Positions 39,501-53,000 of a stretch of 64,000 bases of DNA are shown here, piece after piece. The first letter of the stretch is position 1, and every line of letters starts with the position of its first letter. Below the pieces are notes generated by a model. It did not search any database, was not told the origin of the DNA, and saw only the letters and a program-made list of their open reading frames with translations. The translations under genes were made by a program, and so were the position numbers. The DNA comes from Marsupella aquatica (lineage: Eukaryota; Plantae; Marchantiophyta). The stretch covers positions 4,620,211-4,684,210 of the forward strand of contig OZ316897.1 in assembly GCA_973895155.1 (NCBI GenBank), in the 5' to 3' direction.

Positions 39501-39684
39501 TCCCCAGGACTGCCAATTCTGGCAGGGACCCGGCCTAATTGCCAGTCGGAGTAGAGATTGGGGCTGTGAATGAGACTGCGGGAGCTTTCAGCCACAAGGT
39601 GACGTCGTTCAACTGGCTGAATTTCTACGGCGTCGAAGGGGAGGTTGAAAATTTGAAACAAGCAAAACAGAGTTGAGAAGAAGC

Positions 39685-42155
39685 ATGAGAAGGGGCGGAG
39701 GAGGGCGTCCAGACGGCTCTGATGGCTCTGATTTTGCTTACCGAATGACTGTCGATGACCGTAGGTCCCTGCACCGACTCCAAGGGTACTTTATTAAGTA
39801 GTGGTGGTCTGAATTTTTTGGCTCTTCCCTTTGGGAGCAGTAGAGATATTAAGTTTGCCTGATCAGACTTGTGAAGCTTTGGGGCGTTTTAGGTCAGATT
39901 CCTGCAGTTGCATCATTCCAGATCGAGCTACTAGCGAGACATTTACCCCTCCATTTCTTACTCCGTTTTGCGCTTGCGTGCTTGCTCGGATTAGAATTCG
40001 GCTTGAAATTAGAAAAAAGAGTTGCAAGTTGTCTGGTAGTGGTATCTCATGGGTTCATTGTTTATGCATAGTCAACCAATTTCTGGAGGTGGCAATGCAT
40101 GTATAATCCGAACTTGGACTTTCTTTAAAATCACATGATAAGTCTGTTCAAATTCATTGAAATAAGAAGCCGTGGATTCTAAGAATTTTCTTCTGTTGGA
40201 TGCGGGCGGAGGTCAGGCTACAGGAGAGCAGCTCAGGGGAAGATCACTCTGCGGAAGTATCTGACCGCGCAGGTCAATAATCTACACTGTCCTCACTATT
40301 GAGGGTTTCAATGATTTTGGTCTAATGTGCAATTGTACATTGTAGTAAGTATACACTGAAACAGTCAGCAGACATCTGGTCTACAAGTGCTTCTTGCAGG
40401 ACAACCCCAAAGATCGTGATCTGAGTAGTACGAGCAGTTGATATTTGAGTTATTGCGCTGAAAGGTTTCATTCCCGTCTGAAAGTAATTTGACTTTCCTG
40501 GGAAAAACATTAAGAAGCCCTACCCCTTGGCTAAATATGGCCATGCACAATTTTTCGCTTGCATGCAAGTGCTGCCATTTAGAGTTTGTATGTTAGTAAT
40601 TTTCAGTCCTAGCGGTTCTGTGGGTATTTCCCAGTATGTGGTGCTATTGCTGTGGAGATTTGCAAAATCATCTGGGGTATTCAAGCTACCAGCTAGTACA
40701 TGTACATCGATTGTTCTCTACACGTAGGAGGTTTGGTGTTTTGGCGTATATGGAATATTTCCGATTTATATTCTGTCAATGAAGGCTGGGATTGTCAACT
40801 GAAGCTCTTCCAACGTCCTCTGTTCTCTCCAGACTGTCTTTCAGTTACTCAAGGTAACAATGACAATCGCCTCATTGATCAGCGGAGATGGAATGGTTGA
40901 GAATTTACAGGTTGCTGCTTGCGTCTTTGGAGTTCTCGCTGTGATGATTGGGACTCTTGGTTAGTGTCTTCTTCACAATCTTACTATGACAATGCTACAA
41001 GCTGTTTGCAATTAGTGTAGCAGAAGAAGTACTGTGAACTTCATGGAAAATTTAGAGAAAAAGATTTTATCAGTCTTGGGGCTCAGTCTCAGATTCTACT
41101 TGGTGTATTGGTGAACAGAAGTCATTCTGGGCACCTGTCGAACCACCCTTGTCTGTTTGCGGTTTTCTTCTATTTTGGTGTCAATTCTGTTCCGTTCATA
41201 AACCTTTAGCTGGTTTGCTAGGAATGGGATATCGACGTTTTATAGACGTGGTTGGGTTACCGAGTTTTATAGGTGTGGTCATGTTATGCAGGACTGAAAC
41301 GAGGGGCATCAAAATTAATTAAGACTTATATATTCTTGATGAGCCTGACGGTTGGCCTATCTCTGGTACCATTGACAACCGGAAATTTTTATGAAAAGGT
41401 GGGAATTCAGTGCAATTTGGTAGCGGATCGTGGCAAGCAGTCTTCATTTTGTGAATATCTTTAACGACCTGTAGAGATTCACAGCTTGCTAAGTTTTTTG
41501 GTAATGGAATTGAGACAATGTACCGAATCTTTTAGTACATCTTCTTGCATGATATTGAGTGGTATTCGTGTTTGAACAGATGAGCCATTTGACAATCTAT
41601 AAAGTCACAAACCACAAGAAGTTTGCCCAACTTGCCGTGGAAGGAGTGCAAGAGATCATGGGTAAGTGCTGTGTCTTTGTCATTGGTATCCGTCCTTTGA
41701 GATGACTGTGTGTGTCGTTGGGATTGCTTCAGGGCGTCTCAAGACCTATTCCTTTGCACTTTGCACTTCCCGCATAGAAAATTGATGCTCTTAGAAGTTT
41801 CTTGTAATTCTCTTGTATTACTCGTCGACCTGTGGAATTTTGCTTCTGAGGGGAATATGTACTCCGCTGTCACACGGGTTGAAGGTTGCCACATGCATAT
41901 CAATGAATCCAGGTGTTCTGTCTGTTTCTTTCTTCTAAATGATTGCAGGTACTTTGCTCGGAGTTCACGGGATATACTTAGCTCAAAGCCTTCTTGTACA
42001 CATAACACCTACTAAGAGAAAATGAACCCCCGATGCCTGTGTTGGTGTATGACATGATTGCAGGTTCCATGGTAGGTGTAGCCGGTCTTTCAGTTGCTAC
42101 CAATCTGGTTGGATGTATGAGTCCTCCCAAGAGAAGAGAAGGTAGAGGGCGATGA
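39685..42155 (+). CDS. JAGN1: Jagunal (JAGN1-like) ER membrane protein, six exons
   Basis: Exons 39685-39760 (MRRGGGGRPDGSDGSDFAYRMTVDD, Jagunal G.DGSDF.YR motif), 40217-40272 (RYRRAAQGKITLRKYLTAQ), 40833-40959 (TVFQLLK...VAACVFGVLAVMIGTL), 41292-41398 (GLKRGASKLIKTYIFLMSL...), 41580-41661 and 42064-42155 (GSMVGVAGLSVATNLVGCMSPPKRREGRGR*). All GT-AG with consistent phases, and several hydrophobic TM-like segments. Confidence 0.9.
41949..42025 (+). CDS. Putative alternative last exon (6a) of Jagunal, paralogous to exon 6b
   Basis: Acceptor context atgattgcag|gt is identical to exon 6b, in the same phase. Encodes (G)TLLGVHGIYLAQSLLVHITPTKRK*, which aligns without gaps to (G)SMVGVAGLSVATNLVGCMSPPKRR. 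Confidence 0.65.
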
Positions 42156-45100
42156 CTGGACGGAGTTGAATAACTTACGCCTAGAAGAAAAAATTGTTTT
42201 CTTGTCCCACGATGAGTTTGGAATAAAGCTCATTCGAAGTAACGTTTCAGTTCTATTCTCCATTATCCCGTGGTTGCAAAAGCAACCTTAAGAGCACTAA
42301 ATGCCGCCAAGAATGCAGGTTTCCCATTGTCCCTAGCAAAATGGCATAAACTTGTAGCGGACAAACGAACCTCACTCAATAGGGAAATGACGTGGGCCAC
42401 TCAACACTTCGATAAAGAACACCTTCTGGAATTCCGAGTGGTCAACATTGGACTAGAGTGGCGATGAGTATTGTCTACCGACGCATTTGGAATTTTTCTT
42501 GGAAAGTCCGAATACACCTTTTGACGACTAGGAACTTTAGGCTAGAAATCGAAAATTACCACTGGGAAATGTAAAATAGCCCTTGGTGACATTGCTGAGT
42601 GGCTCAGAAGATCTTCTGAATGTATTCTGACGTTCTGAAGAGTTTTCCTACTGCATACCAATTCACACACAATAATATAACCTTTCCATATATTGCCCAT
42701 ACGTTGGACCAAAAGGAAACGCATCCCTCTTTTGAAGAAACTCCTGAACGTTTAATAAAAATGTATACTACTTGCCAACGGCGACACAGCCATAGAACAA
42801 AAAGAGTCAAACCGGGAGACAGGAAGGTTTTGGATACCGGACTTCTGATACCTCTGTTTTTGAATTAGTGGGACAAAACAGGAGTTGTCCTACTTTTTCT
42901 GTTTTGACCAGTTTTCGCATATGCTTGTTTATGATATGACTTTACCTTTTGTAACACCATCCACAAATGTTCTTTAGATGCGACTTTTTCCCTTTTGTAC
43001 AATACACAAATGTGCATGAGATGGACATTACTTTCCGAAAAGTTCAACTGTAGTGTATTTCGGAAGTAGACTTTAACGATGCAAGGCTTTGCCAAATCTG
43101 TCATTCGTCCAGCAGACAGTTGTCCGCGATGGAGATCCGTATGTCATAGTAGTCATTTTGTTTGCCCTATTTTGTAGTCCATCTTCTTTGAGATAACATA
43201 CTGTAGAAAACTCATCATGCCCCAGGCAGCCTACTGGCAAAGCAAAAAAATTTCAATTTGACCTGCCAACGAGCTATGCATAGGCAAGGCACTACAATCA
43301 CATTTTTTATTTACAGTGACGATGCATGGTTGATGGATCTACAGAATATATTCAGAAGACGAGCACTTTTTGGAAAGGCTTATTGTGTGGGAATTAGTTT
43401 GGAAGGCAAACAGCTACCTGTAACCTTACCCAAACAGTGCTAAAATTGGGATATAAGAGAGGCATATTAGCTGGTATCTACAATTCCCTCCCGAATCACT
43501 TCGCAAATTCCAAGGTCCTCGAGGTAATGCCACCACATCTGTTTTAAAAGCTGAACAGTAGTATCGAGAGTCGTTCCTAGACCCTTTTCCCCCTTAGTAA
43601 CTCAGCAATGAATGTAGTCGTTCCTAGACACTTTTCCCCATAGTAACTCAAGTATGCATAAGCATTTTGCTCCTGGTAACTCAACAAATGAATGTACAAT
43701 GTAGCTAGATGAGAGCGGCCTACAGGCTTTCATCCTCATTCCTCTTTGTTCCACTCATCAAATTCCTTGAAAATTGATCGTAAGTTCACTGGTTGTGAGA
43801 AACTTTATGACAGAGGATAAACCGTTCAAAAGTTTTACAGGCAACTGGCAGCATAGGGTCAACCGTTCTACTCAGACTCAACTCATCAAATAGAAGAAAA
43901 CTCCAAGCAAAAGCCCTTTTGATCTACAGCAAACAGTTGGCCGCAAATTGGGGACCTGAATTCGCAAAAACATGGAGACCCTTCCGTGCATACAAAGAAA
44001 ACTACCTCCTCTGCCAGATCGTCATCTACATAATACCTAACGCAGTCCAACAGATGATTCCACTTGGTATAATTGTTGTGACCAAGATCGTGTATAAAAT
44101 ATTCAATATTGCCTGTGGAAATGACGCGTGAGAGGTGGAGCAATTTGGAAATGGATCCGCAAAACTTCTTCGACTCATGCCTGTGAGACCTACGTCACCA
44201 ATGAGGCTTACTAGGTCTCGAGCACTTCTCACTGATTACCTTCGAAATCTTTATTCCTCCACAAAAATGGTGGAATGCACTATGTGGTTTTGCCTGCTGG
44301 CAATGGTCGCATCAAATTGTGTGTAAAGACCAAATGGTCACAGATGGTTTGAAGTAGTAAAAGATGCCAGGAAGAAACCTAGTACATAGCAAAAGAGAGC
44401 TGTTTGGTTATACATGGATTTTGGCAAGAATGCATAGATCTACAGTATATCATTGCAAATAATTAAAATCTATTAGGGCTTTCACCTCCAGGAGAGTTGA
44501 TAGATTCTGTCCAGTAGTTGCATTGGTTGAAAAGTCAGCAGCGTCGCTGCCATTATGCCTGGCTTCCGGCCTACCTTAGGTCCTACACCCCCCCCCCTTT
44601 CTGTTGGCTACCCTTTCTCTTTGACCAGGTGTCCTGTTCTAACCTATATCCTTTTGGTTTTGTTTCTTAAAAGGAGCATCTTATATATGAGAAAAGTAAA
44701 AACCCAATACAACAGGGAGTAAGTAACCAGCCAGACCAAAAAAATTCAAGTTCCAACAACCACTTGAGTATCAAACAACAACGTATTTTCTGCAGACAGA
44801 AATGGGAACCCATCATTCTCTAGCAGTACACCAAAATAGGGTAGTAAAGGGCTGCCTAGCTGGGAAAGCAAAAAGATCAAGGAAGACAGAGAGGGCAAGT
44901 ACCAGGGTTTTTTTAAATGGTGAAAATTTTGCCAAATTCTGATCTCAATTCCTCAAGTACAACTTTTACAAAGGAGAATCATGGGGAAATTTTGAAAAAA
45001 AGGGGCCCAAAAACATAGCTGACCCTCTGCCAATTAGCCAGAAATCCTGGCCATCGGGGGAGCCAGGCCATTGGCTGACCCACTGGGCCTCACTTCCTAA

Positions 45101-46703
45101 TCTCCTTGTTGTCCCGATTTATTTGTCTGCAAAAATTTGCCAAATTTTGACACTGAATTGTCCTATGTGACGTTTACAAAGGACAACTTCTCTGATTGTC
45201 AAGGTCCTTATCAACCACGAGACTATTGCTCTCCATAAAATAGACCTTCGGTGGGGGAGCGATGGCCACCCCTCGTGAAAGATGGTTCTAGAAGGTCGCC
45301 GTTGGAGAGTCCTCCTTTGGGAGAAGAATGGGCCGTCACTATTTCGGTACCAGGCAAATTCCTGTAAAAAAACACTGGAGTGTACTGTAGACTCGAAAGA
45401 CTGAAAGAGTGAAAGAGATAGAAATGGAACGTGTCGTTATGTTCTTTTACTCCAAGTTAATGCTTTGGTTGGTATCAGCCCAGGGACATCAAAAGTACCT
45501 ACTGCAAAGTACTATAGTACGGTATAATTAATAACCGTAGTGGTCAAGGTACGGGACTTTGGGCAATTTCTCCAGATACCGGAACATCCGGCCAAATTTC
45601 CATATTAGGGGTGCAGAGAGAGGGGGGCAGGTGGACATCCGCTTTTCGGGCATTCCCTTTTATTTCCCGAAAGTAAGGAGGAAAAACCCATGAAAGCGGG
45701 ATGGGAGAGACAGAGCGTTTTTTCAAGAGGCGAAAATTTGCCAAACTTTGCCAAAATTCAACCTCACTGGAAAGTATTTGCCAGAAAATTAGCCAAATCT
45801 TCTGACGTCAATAATTAGCCATTTTCCCAGGTAACCACTGCCATAATCTGTGGGTTGTCCTTAAATGTAATGAAAGTTAAGGGCCAGAACTTAATCTAAA
45901 TAAAATAGATGTTGAATATTTTTAGCATCTTTGCCTTCACACAAGGTTAAAAGAGCCATCCCTTGGCAGAAATGGAAAACCCTGAAATACCCTAACCGTG
46001 ATTCATGGGAGATTCTCTATTTTACACCCAGTTGTCAGATTATACTCTGAGGCTTTGTAAGTTCAAAGGGCTGAATTATAGCATTTTTCTTGCAATCTTC
46101 CGCCATCTTTTTGCACTTATCAAGAATTTGTATTTATTGGTCTGTTTTACTCGTATATGGCACTAATAATGTATGAAGGGAGTTCCAATTTAGACCCAAC
46201 TCGCCAAGTATTCCAGGTGACCCAGACCTGACCTCCAGAGGGAAGGATCAAGGGGCCCCTTTGTACCACGACTTGTGGTTTAAGTGTTACTGTTTTTGTT
46301 ACACAAAAATTCTTGCACTTATGGCTGGATTTTACTTATCAAGGTTGCACTCACTCTAAAATGTGATGTGCTCTCCAAAATGTACTAAAAGAAAATTGCT
46401 TCATAACTGGACCTCAAAAATGCAATTATTGTAGAGTTTTAAATGGCTAATCTCAAGTGTGAGCTCACATGGAGAGTCAAGATTCCAGGCAATTTAACAG
46501 GATGCAGTTAGACATTAACTTAGTAGTCAAGGTATTCCAAATTGATGATCCATAACTTTCTGCCATATTTATTGGTCATATGACCAGAAATCAAGCTACA
46601 GGCTAGTGACCAAAAAAAATTTTTGCATAACCCTGTGAAAAATCATAGCTATCATAGTAACTGTGAAGTTGCGAGTCCCCCCTAACGTTTACGAGTTACA
46701 CAG

Positions 46704-46875
46704 CCGCTGTCCATTTCCAAAACCTGGTGGATCCTTGTACCAGAATTAGTCAATCATGCTATGAAGTCGACTGTTGATGAGATGACAGTCCAACAACCCC
46801 ATGTTTCTGGGTTAAACCGCTCCTGTCCATTTCCCAAACCCCATGGATCCAGGTCACCAGAATTAGTCAATAATG
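46704..46875. repeat. ~50-bp imperfect direct repeat pair
   Basis: ccgct..gtccatttcc.aaacc...tggatcc..gt.accagaattagtcaat.atg occurs twice, about 113 bp apart. Confidence 0.7.
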
Positions 46876-47056
46876 TGCTTAATAAAGCATAAAGTGAGCC
46901 AAAAAGTTAGCAAAAAGTGATTATTTTGTCAACCACATCTTCCGGGACAGTGACGGTTTAAAGGGGGTGAGTCACACTATTTTCTAGCATCTCCTTTTAG
47001 GGTACACTCCAATCCTGTAAACAACTTCGTCCAGTCTCTTATTTATTAGAAGACCC

Positions 47057-47133
47057 AGATAGACAGATTAGATGTTCATTATTAGACTAGACTAGTCTAG
47101 ACTAGATAGATTGATAGATCGATAGATTAGATA
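47057..47133. repeat. Degenerate (TAGA/CTAGA)n microsatellite
   Basis: agatagacagattagat...agactagactagtctagactagatagattgatagatcgatagattagat. Confidence 0.75.
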
Positions 47134-48671
47134 TCCAGTGTAGTCAAATCTTTATCTGGAGGACGGCCGCGCTGGCGTCAGTTGCCGAAATTGCTGTCAC
47201 CGCAAAAACAACGCTGATTTGCTTTTCCAGCGCTTTGAAGCATGTCATCAGCTATTCTGGTGTCTGGTCACATCCTCCGCGATTTGAGCAGCCGGACGAG
47301 CTTACCGCACGTGCCGCGAGATCCCACTACAACGACAGACGGGCCGATGAATTGACGAGCGCAGAGTGATGTCGCGAGATAAGAGAGGAGGGGAGAGGAG
47401 AGGAGGAGAGGCAGCACCATCAGATCAGAGCAGCAGCAGCACCGGTCCAGTTCAGCGTCGTCACCGTGACACAGCGACCACGTTCTCCGCCCGTCAGGAC
47501 GACTCGACCAACATCCTCTCAACCGAAGATATTTTAGTGAGGACAAGAGAAGCGACAAACGAGCGGGATATCATCGTGTACAGTGAGTGATTGGCGAGCC
47601 AGCCAGTCTTCTTGGAAATTAGGTCTTCCACGAACTTGGAATGTGATACGACCGGACTTCCTTTTCGCTCGTCAATCACTCACACTCAATTGCCCCCTCC
47701 CCGCATTGGCGGCCCTCATCCATCTGTGTCCTGTAGTCATCTCGCTCCCCTCGCTAGCTTGCTAGGTACGAGTTCGGCCCACACTAGACGAGAAACAAAG
47801 TTACGAAGCAAAAACCTTCACCAAAGTACTGTAGCTGACGACTGCATGCTAATGATCTGACCTCTCCTCCACGGATGCGCTCTCTTTGGTGTTTACAAAT
47901 TGATTGAGTTACTTGGCAAATCAGGGTGGGAAGAGCACTCACCAGCCCTGCCTGAACTCTAGATATGTAGAGTATACCCTATATCATAGCCTAGTCTTAA
48001 CTTGCTTCGCCATCGTTGATCGTGAGAACTTATTTTGACTTGCTTCCAGACTTATTGACTGAGTCTATTTATTTCCCTTTTGGCCTTTACTTGGCTAAAC
48101 CATATGGCCAGGTCTTCTTTCAATGGAAAACACACTCTGGGGGCATTTCTTCTGCGGTAAAGTTTTTCAGGCTGTGGTGTCTAGAATTTTCATTTTCATC
48201 AGATGTTCCCGAACTTCCTCCATGTTATTCCAGCCCAGCATTTCTGGAGCCTCCAATTTTTGCTCCAGGCACCAATTTTGTGCAAACCTAATGACCACTG
48301 TGGTAGCAGCCCATGTGCAGATGGAGGTAAGGAATTGGTTAGGTTTCAGTGGATGCAAATAAACTGGGGTTGCAGTACTCCTGGCCCGGTCCTTGAGTTT
48401 GTGTCTTTTCCTTCATTTTCCTCTTGAACTGTAGATCTTAATTCTGGACAAGCATGCCTATTAGTTTCCACCATTAAATGCTGCTCATTTTAGAGTTGTG
48501 TACAGTTGGCACAAAAGGTGAAGACATGATGGTGTATTGCCTTCACATTTCCAAATGCAACCTATGGTGCATGGTCCACACAAATGCAAAGTTTGCTCAA
48601 CATTAGTTGTCCCAACAAGCATTAGCTAAAGAGGTGCAGTCTTCATTGCGACAAGTGAGCTTTCAAGTTCA

Positions 48672-48764
48672 AGCTTCTTAAGTGGACCGGTTTGTGCACG
48701 AAAGACCTTACACTAAGGAAAAGTCCGCAAAAGACCTTACACAAACCGGTCCACTTATGAAGCT
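48672..48764. other. Short hairpin (25-bp stem, one mismatch)
   Basis: agcttcttaagtggaccggtttgtg pairs with cacaaaccggtccacttatgaagct. The centre carries aaagaccttacac twice. Confidence 0.8.
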
Positions 48765-50096
48765 GAATAGGATATTACATGCTCAGGGGATGCAAATAAG
48801 CACTGGAGTTTAGGATTTAGGGTTTTAGGATCCATTTGGGTAACATCCATTTCATTTCATTTCACTTCTTGTTTTTGTCTTTCAACCAGGATCTTTATGA
48901 TCAGATAGACCACCTGCCACCTTCTAGCCTAGATGGACCACATCACCATAGACCTGAAAATTGGTAGATTGATTTACAAAGGGAAATTAAATACTATTTG
49001 AACGCAAAAGGGTTGTTTTGCAGTCTATCCAGGTATGCCACCCATTTATTTTCCAAATTTTATTTTTGTCTTTGCACCAAGACCTTGGTGCTCAGATGGA
49101 CCACCCCCCTGAACCTTGCAACCCCAGGCTTGTATTCTGGATGGACCAGATCACTTTGACCCCCAAAACTGTGGATTGATTTATAAAAGGAAACTGTATA
49201 CAGTTTATGGTTCATTGTATTGCCCCTCCCTAATCTCAAGCAAAGCGTAAGGGCTTCAACCATCCCGGCAACCATCAACCCCCTTGGCCATGGTCAATCC
49301 CCTCCCAATACCCCCGCCAATACCTTTAAAGTACTCAGACTATGTACACCATCATACAAATCTAGCCCTGGCAAGTAAGGTGCTTCGGAACAACAGCCCT
49401 CACAGCAGCCACGTCCTTCCTCTCAACTGTCATATTGATGTCAAGGTTAAGAGTTTTGGGGGATCTCAATTGTTGCCCAGGGCTTCAGCACCTCTTGAAT
49501 CTTGCTGAGCAAAGTCTGGAGTTGTCTGGTCTTTTTTGTGGACTTAGCCAACTACTATATATATCTCACGTGGGTCTCACATTGTCTAAGAATAACACAT
49601 CCCAAATAAATGTCCTAGAAATTGCAAGTAAGTTGTAGCGTTCCTTTCCAGTTTGTATTTTACAGTTCAGAAATGAGAACCTTGGAGGGAGTGCACAACC
49701 TAAGTATGTCTCAGGAGTTGTCCCAACTCCTGCCATCAAGCCTGGACTAAGCAGCAGCTATTGAAAAGGTGGCCTATGTTCAGAGTCAGCCCGTTAGTGA
49801 CCCCTCACTGGCTGGCTCTCCCATTATTTTGTGAAGAACCTGTGATTCAGAAGTCTCCAAATGAATAATTGAACTTTAGGCAGGGCCCACCCACCCCACA
49901 ACTTCTTCCAACACTACTGCCAGGATATCGTTGTGCCCATGCCAGCACTACTGCCAGGACGTTGTTGTGCCCATGTTGCCCCACCTTTGGTTCAATTGAG
50001 TGATGTTGTATGGGTTAGAAGAAACCCAACTCACTCACACTCTATTGAAAAACTTCCACCCTTCATTCTTCCCACTCCAATTTAGTCCCATTTCCT

Positions 50097-53000
50097 ACCA
50101 GTACTTTGTATTAGGTCCCTCTTGGCAATTTATTCCCACTGGATCAATTTTGAGTGGAAGTCCCTGAATCTAAGAAAAACAACTGTAGATCTATTCAATC
50201 TATTCCAAGTCCCCAAAATTTGTGAAAGCTCACCTGACTATTTTATCTATTCCAAGTCCTAGAATTTGTGAAAACCCACCTATCTATTCTATCTACTCCA
50301 AGTTCCAAAATTTGTGAAATCCCGCCTGTCTATTCAAAATATCCCTTTGACTTAGTTCCTCTGCTGGGAGCCACATACTGCTAGTCCCAAGTTTTGAAAT
50401 CAGATAGTGACTTTGTCCCACGGTCTGCCAAATACCTTCTTAGGTTTTGCTTCTCTGGTCAGGTATTAGATTTTTCCTTAAATCATAGAGAAAAACTATC
50501 TTGCAATTACCAGGATTGAACAAAGGAAAACTTCAAGGATATATTCTAGGAAATTCCAGTTTGGGTTGTCAACTTCCAACTCTACTTCCATCAACTTATG
50601 AAAACTGGTTTTTGATATGCAATTTGATATTAATTTGTGATCAATGCATCCGGTCAGAAACACCTACAAATTTTGGTGCGTGCCAAATACCATTGGGCAC
50701 TAAAGTTGACCACTTGTGTCAAAACAAAAGTGATCTATGGGAGAATTTTTCCCACACGTACCAGTCTCATTTCCAACCAGTACTTTGTACTAGGTTCCAT
50801 GCTCTCGGCAATTTCTTCCCATTGATCAGTTTTGAGTGGAAGTCCCAAAATTTGAAATACAATTGAAAATACAACTGTCTATTTTATCTATTCCAAGTCC
50901 CAAAAGTTCTAAAAACCCACCTGTCTATTTGATCTATTCCAAGTCCTAGACTTTGCAAAAACCCACCTGTCTATTTGATATATTCCAAGTCCCAGAATTT
51001 GTGAAACCCCGCCTGTCTATTCTATCTACTCCAAGTCCCAGACTTTGCAAAAACCCACTTGTCTCTTCACACTACTCCAAACTCCATAATTTGTGAAAAC
51101 CACACCTGTCTATTCGATCTAACCCTTTGACTTAGTTCCTCTTCTGGGATCTATGTACTGCTGGTCCAAGGTTTGAAATCAGAGAGTGACTTTGTCTCCC
51201 AGTTTGCCAAACACCTTCTAAGGTCCTTCTTGTGAGCTGGTAAGTTATCAGATTGTCCAGGCTTTCATAGGGAAGGAATGTCCTGCAATCACCAGGACTG
51301 AACAAAGGAAAAACTGCACAAGATATGTTGACTAGAAAATCCCAGTGGGGCTTGTCAACTTCCAACTCTACTTCCATAAACTTTTCAAAAAAATGGTTTT
51401 GGATGTGCAATTTGAGATTGATCTGTGATCAATGCATCTGGTCCAAAACATAACAAACTTTTGTGTCTGCCAAATACCATTGGGCACTTTAAAATTTGTG
51501 AAAAACCAACTGTCTATTCAATCTATTCCAAGTCCCACAGGTTCTGAGAACCCACCTGTCTATTTGATATATTCCAAGCCCCAGAATTTGTGAAAAATGC
51601 ACTTGTCTATTCAATATGTCCCTCTGACTTATATCCTCTACTGGGATCCATGTACTGCTGGTCCAAGGTTTTGAAATCAGAGAGTGACTTTGTCCCCAGT
51701 TTGTCAATCACCTTCTAAGGTCCTGCTTTTGAGCTGGTCAGTCATCAGATTGTTCCTTTCATAGAGAAGTACTGTCCTGCAATTACCAGGATTGAGCAAA
51801 GGAAAGACTGCACAGGAGATGTTGAGTTGGGTCTGTCAACTTCCAACTCTACTTCCATCAACTTTTCAAAAAATGGTTTGGATGTGCAATTTTGAGACTG
51901 GCCAGAAACATAACAAACTTAGTTTTGTGTCTGCCAAATACCATTGGGCACTTAAAGTTGACCAATTGTATCAAGATTAAAAGTGATCTATGGGACTCAT
52001 ATTCCCACAGACTTGACTCCAGTATAGTTTTCAACCAGTACTTTGTAATAGGCCCTTCTTGGCTATTTCTTCCCATTGGATCACATTCAAGTGGAAGTCC
52101 CAGAATTTCTGAAAATCCAACTATCTATTCAATCTATTCCCAGTCCCACAAGTTCTGAGAACCCACCTGTCTATTTGATCTATTCCAAATCCCAGACTTT
52201 GAAAAACCCTGGCACCTGTCTATTCAATCTATTCCAAGCCCCAGAATTTGTGAAAAATGCACGTGTCTATTCAATCTATTCCAAGCCCCAGAATTTGTGA
52301 AAATTGCACCTGTCTATTCAATCTGTCCCTCTGACTTAGTTCCTCTGCTAGGACCACGTACTGCTGGTCCAAGGTTTGAAATCAGAGAGTGACTTTGTCC
52401 CCAGTTTGCCAAACACTTTCTAAGGTCCTGCTTTTGAGCTGGTCAATTATAAGATTGTTCCTTTCATAGGGAAGGACTGTCCTGCAATCACCAGGACTGA
52501 ACAAAGGAAAGATTGCACAGGATATGTTGACTAGAAAATCCCAGTTGGGCCTGTCAACTTCTAATTCTACTTCCATAAACTTTTCAAAAAAATGGTTTTG
52601 GATGTGCAATTTGAGATTGATCTGTGATCAATGCATCTGGTCAAAAACATAACAAACTTGTGTATCTGCCAAATACCATTGGGCACTTAAAGTTGACCAA
52701 TATATTGTGTCAAGATCAAAAGTGATCTATGGGACTAATATTCCCACACACTTGACTCCAGTATCATTTTCAGCCAGTACTTTGTAATAGGCCCTTCTTG
52801 GCAATTTCTTCCCATTGGATCAGATTCAAGTGGAAGTCCTAGATCTTGTGAAAATCCAACTATCTATTCAATCTATTCCCAGTCCCACAAGTTCTGAGAA
52901 CCCACCTGTCTATTTGATATGTCCCTCTGACTTAGATCCGCTGCTGGGATCCACGTACTGCTGGTCCGAGGTTTTGAAATCAGAGAGTGACTTTGTCCCC

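Noticed and set aside
42230-44420. Possible LINE 3' (zf-RVT-like) remnants; similar hints at about 10200-11200, 17900-18900 and 59800-61400
   Set aside because: Only short, frameshifted motif-like pieces (e.g. RIWNFSWKVRIHLLTTR). Too decayed to call without a search.
48808-48830. Interstitial telomere-like TTTAGGG (also ccctaaaccctaaa at about 57154)
   Set aside because: Only two or three imperfect units; not significant.
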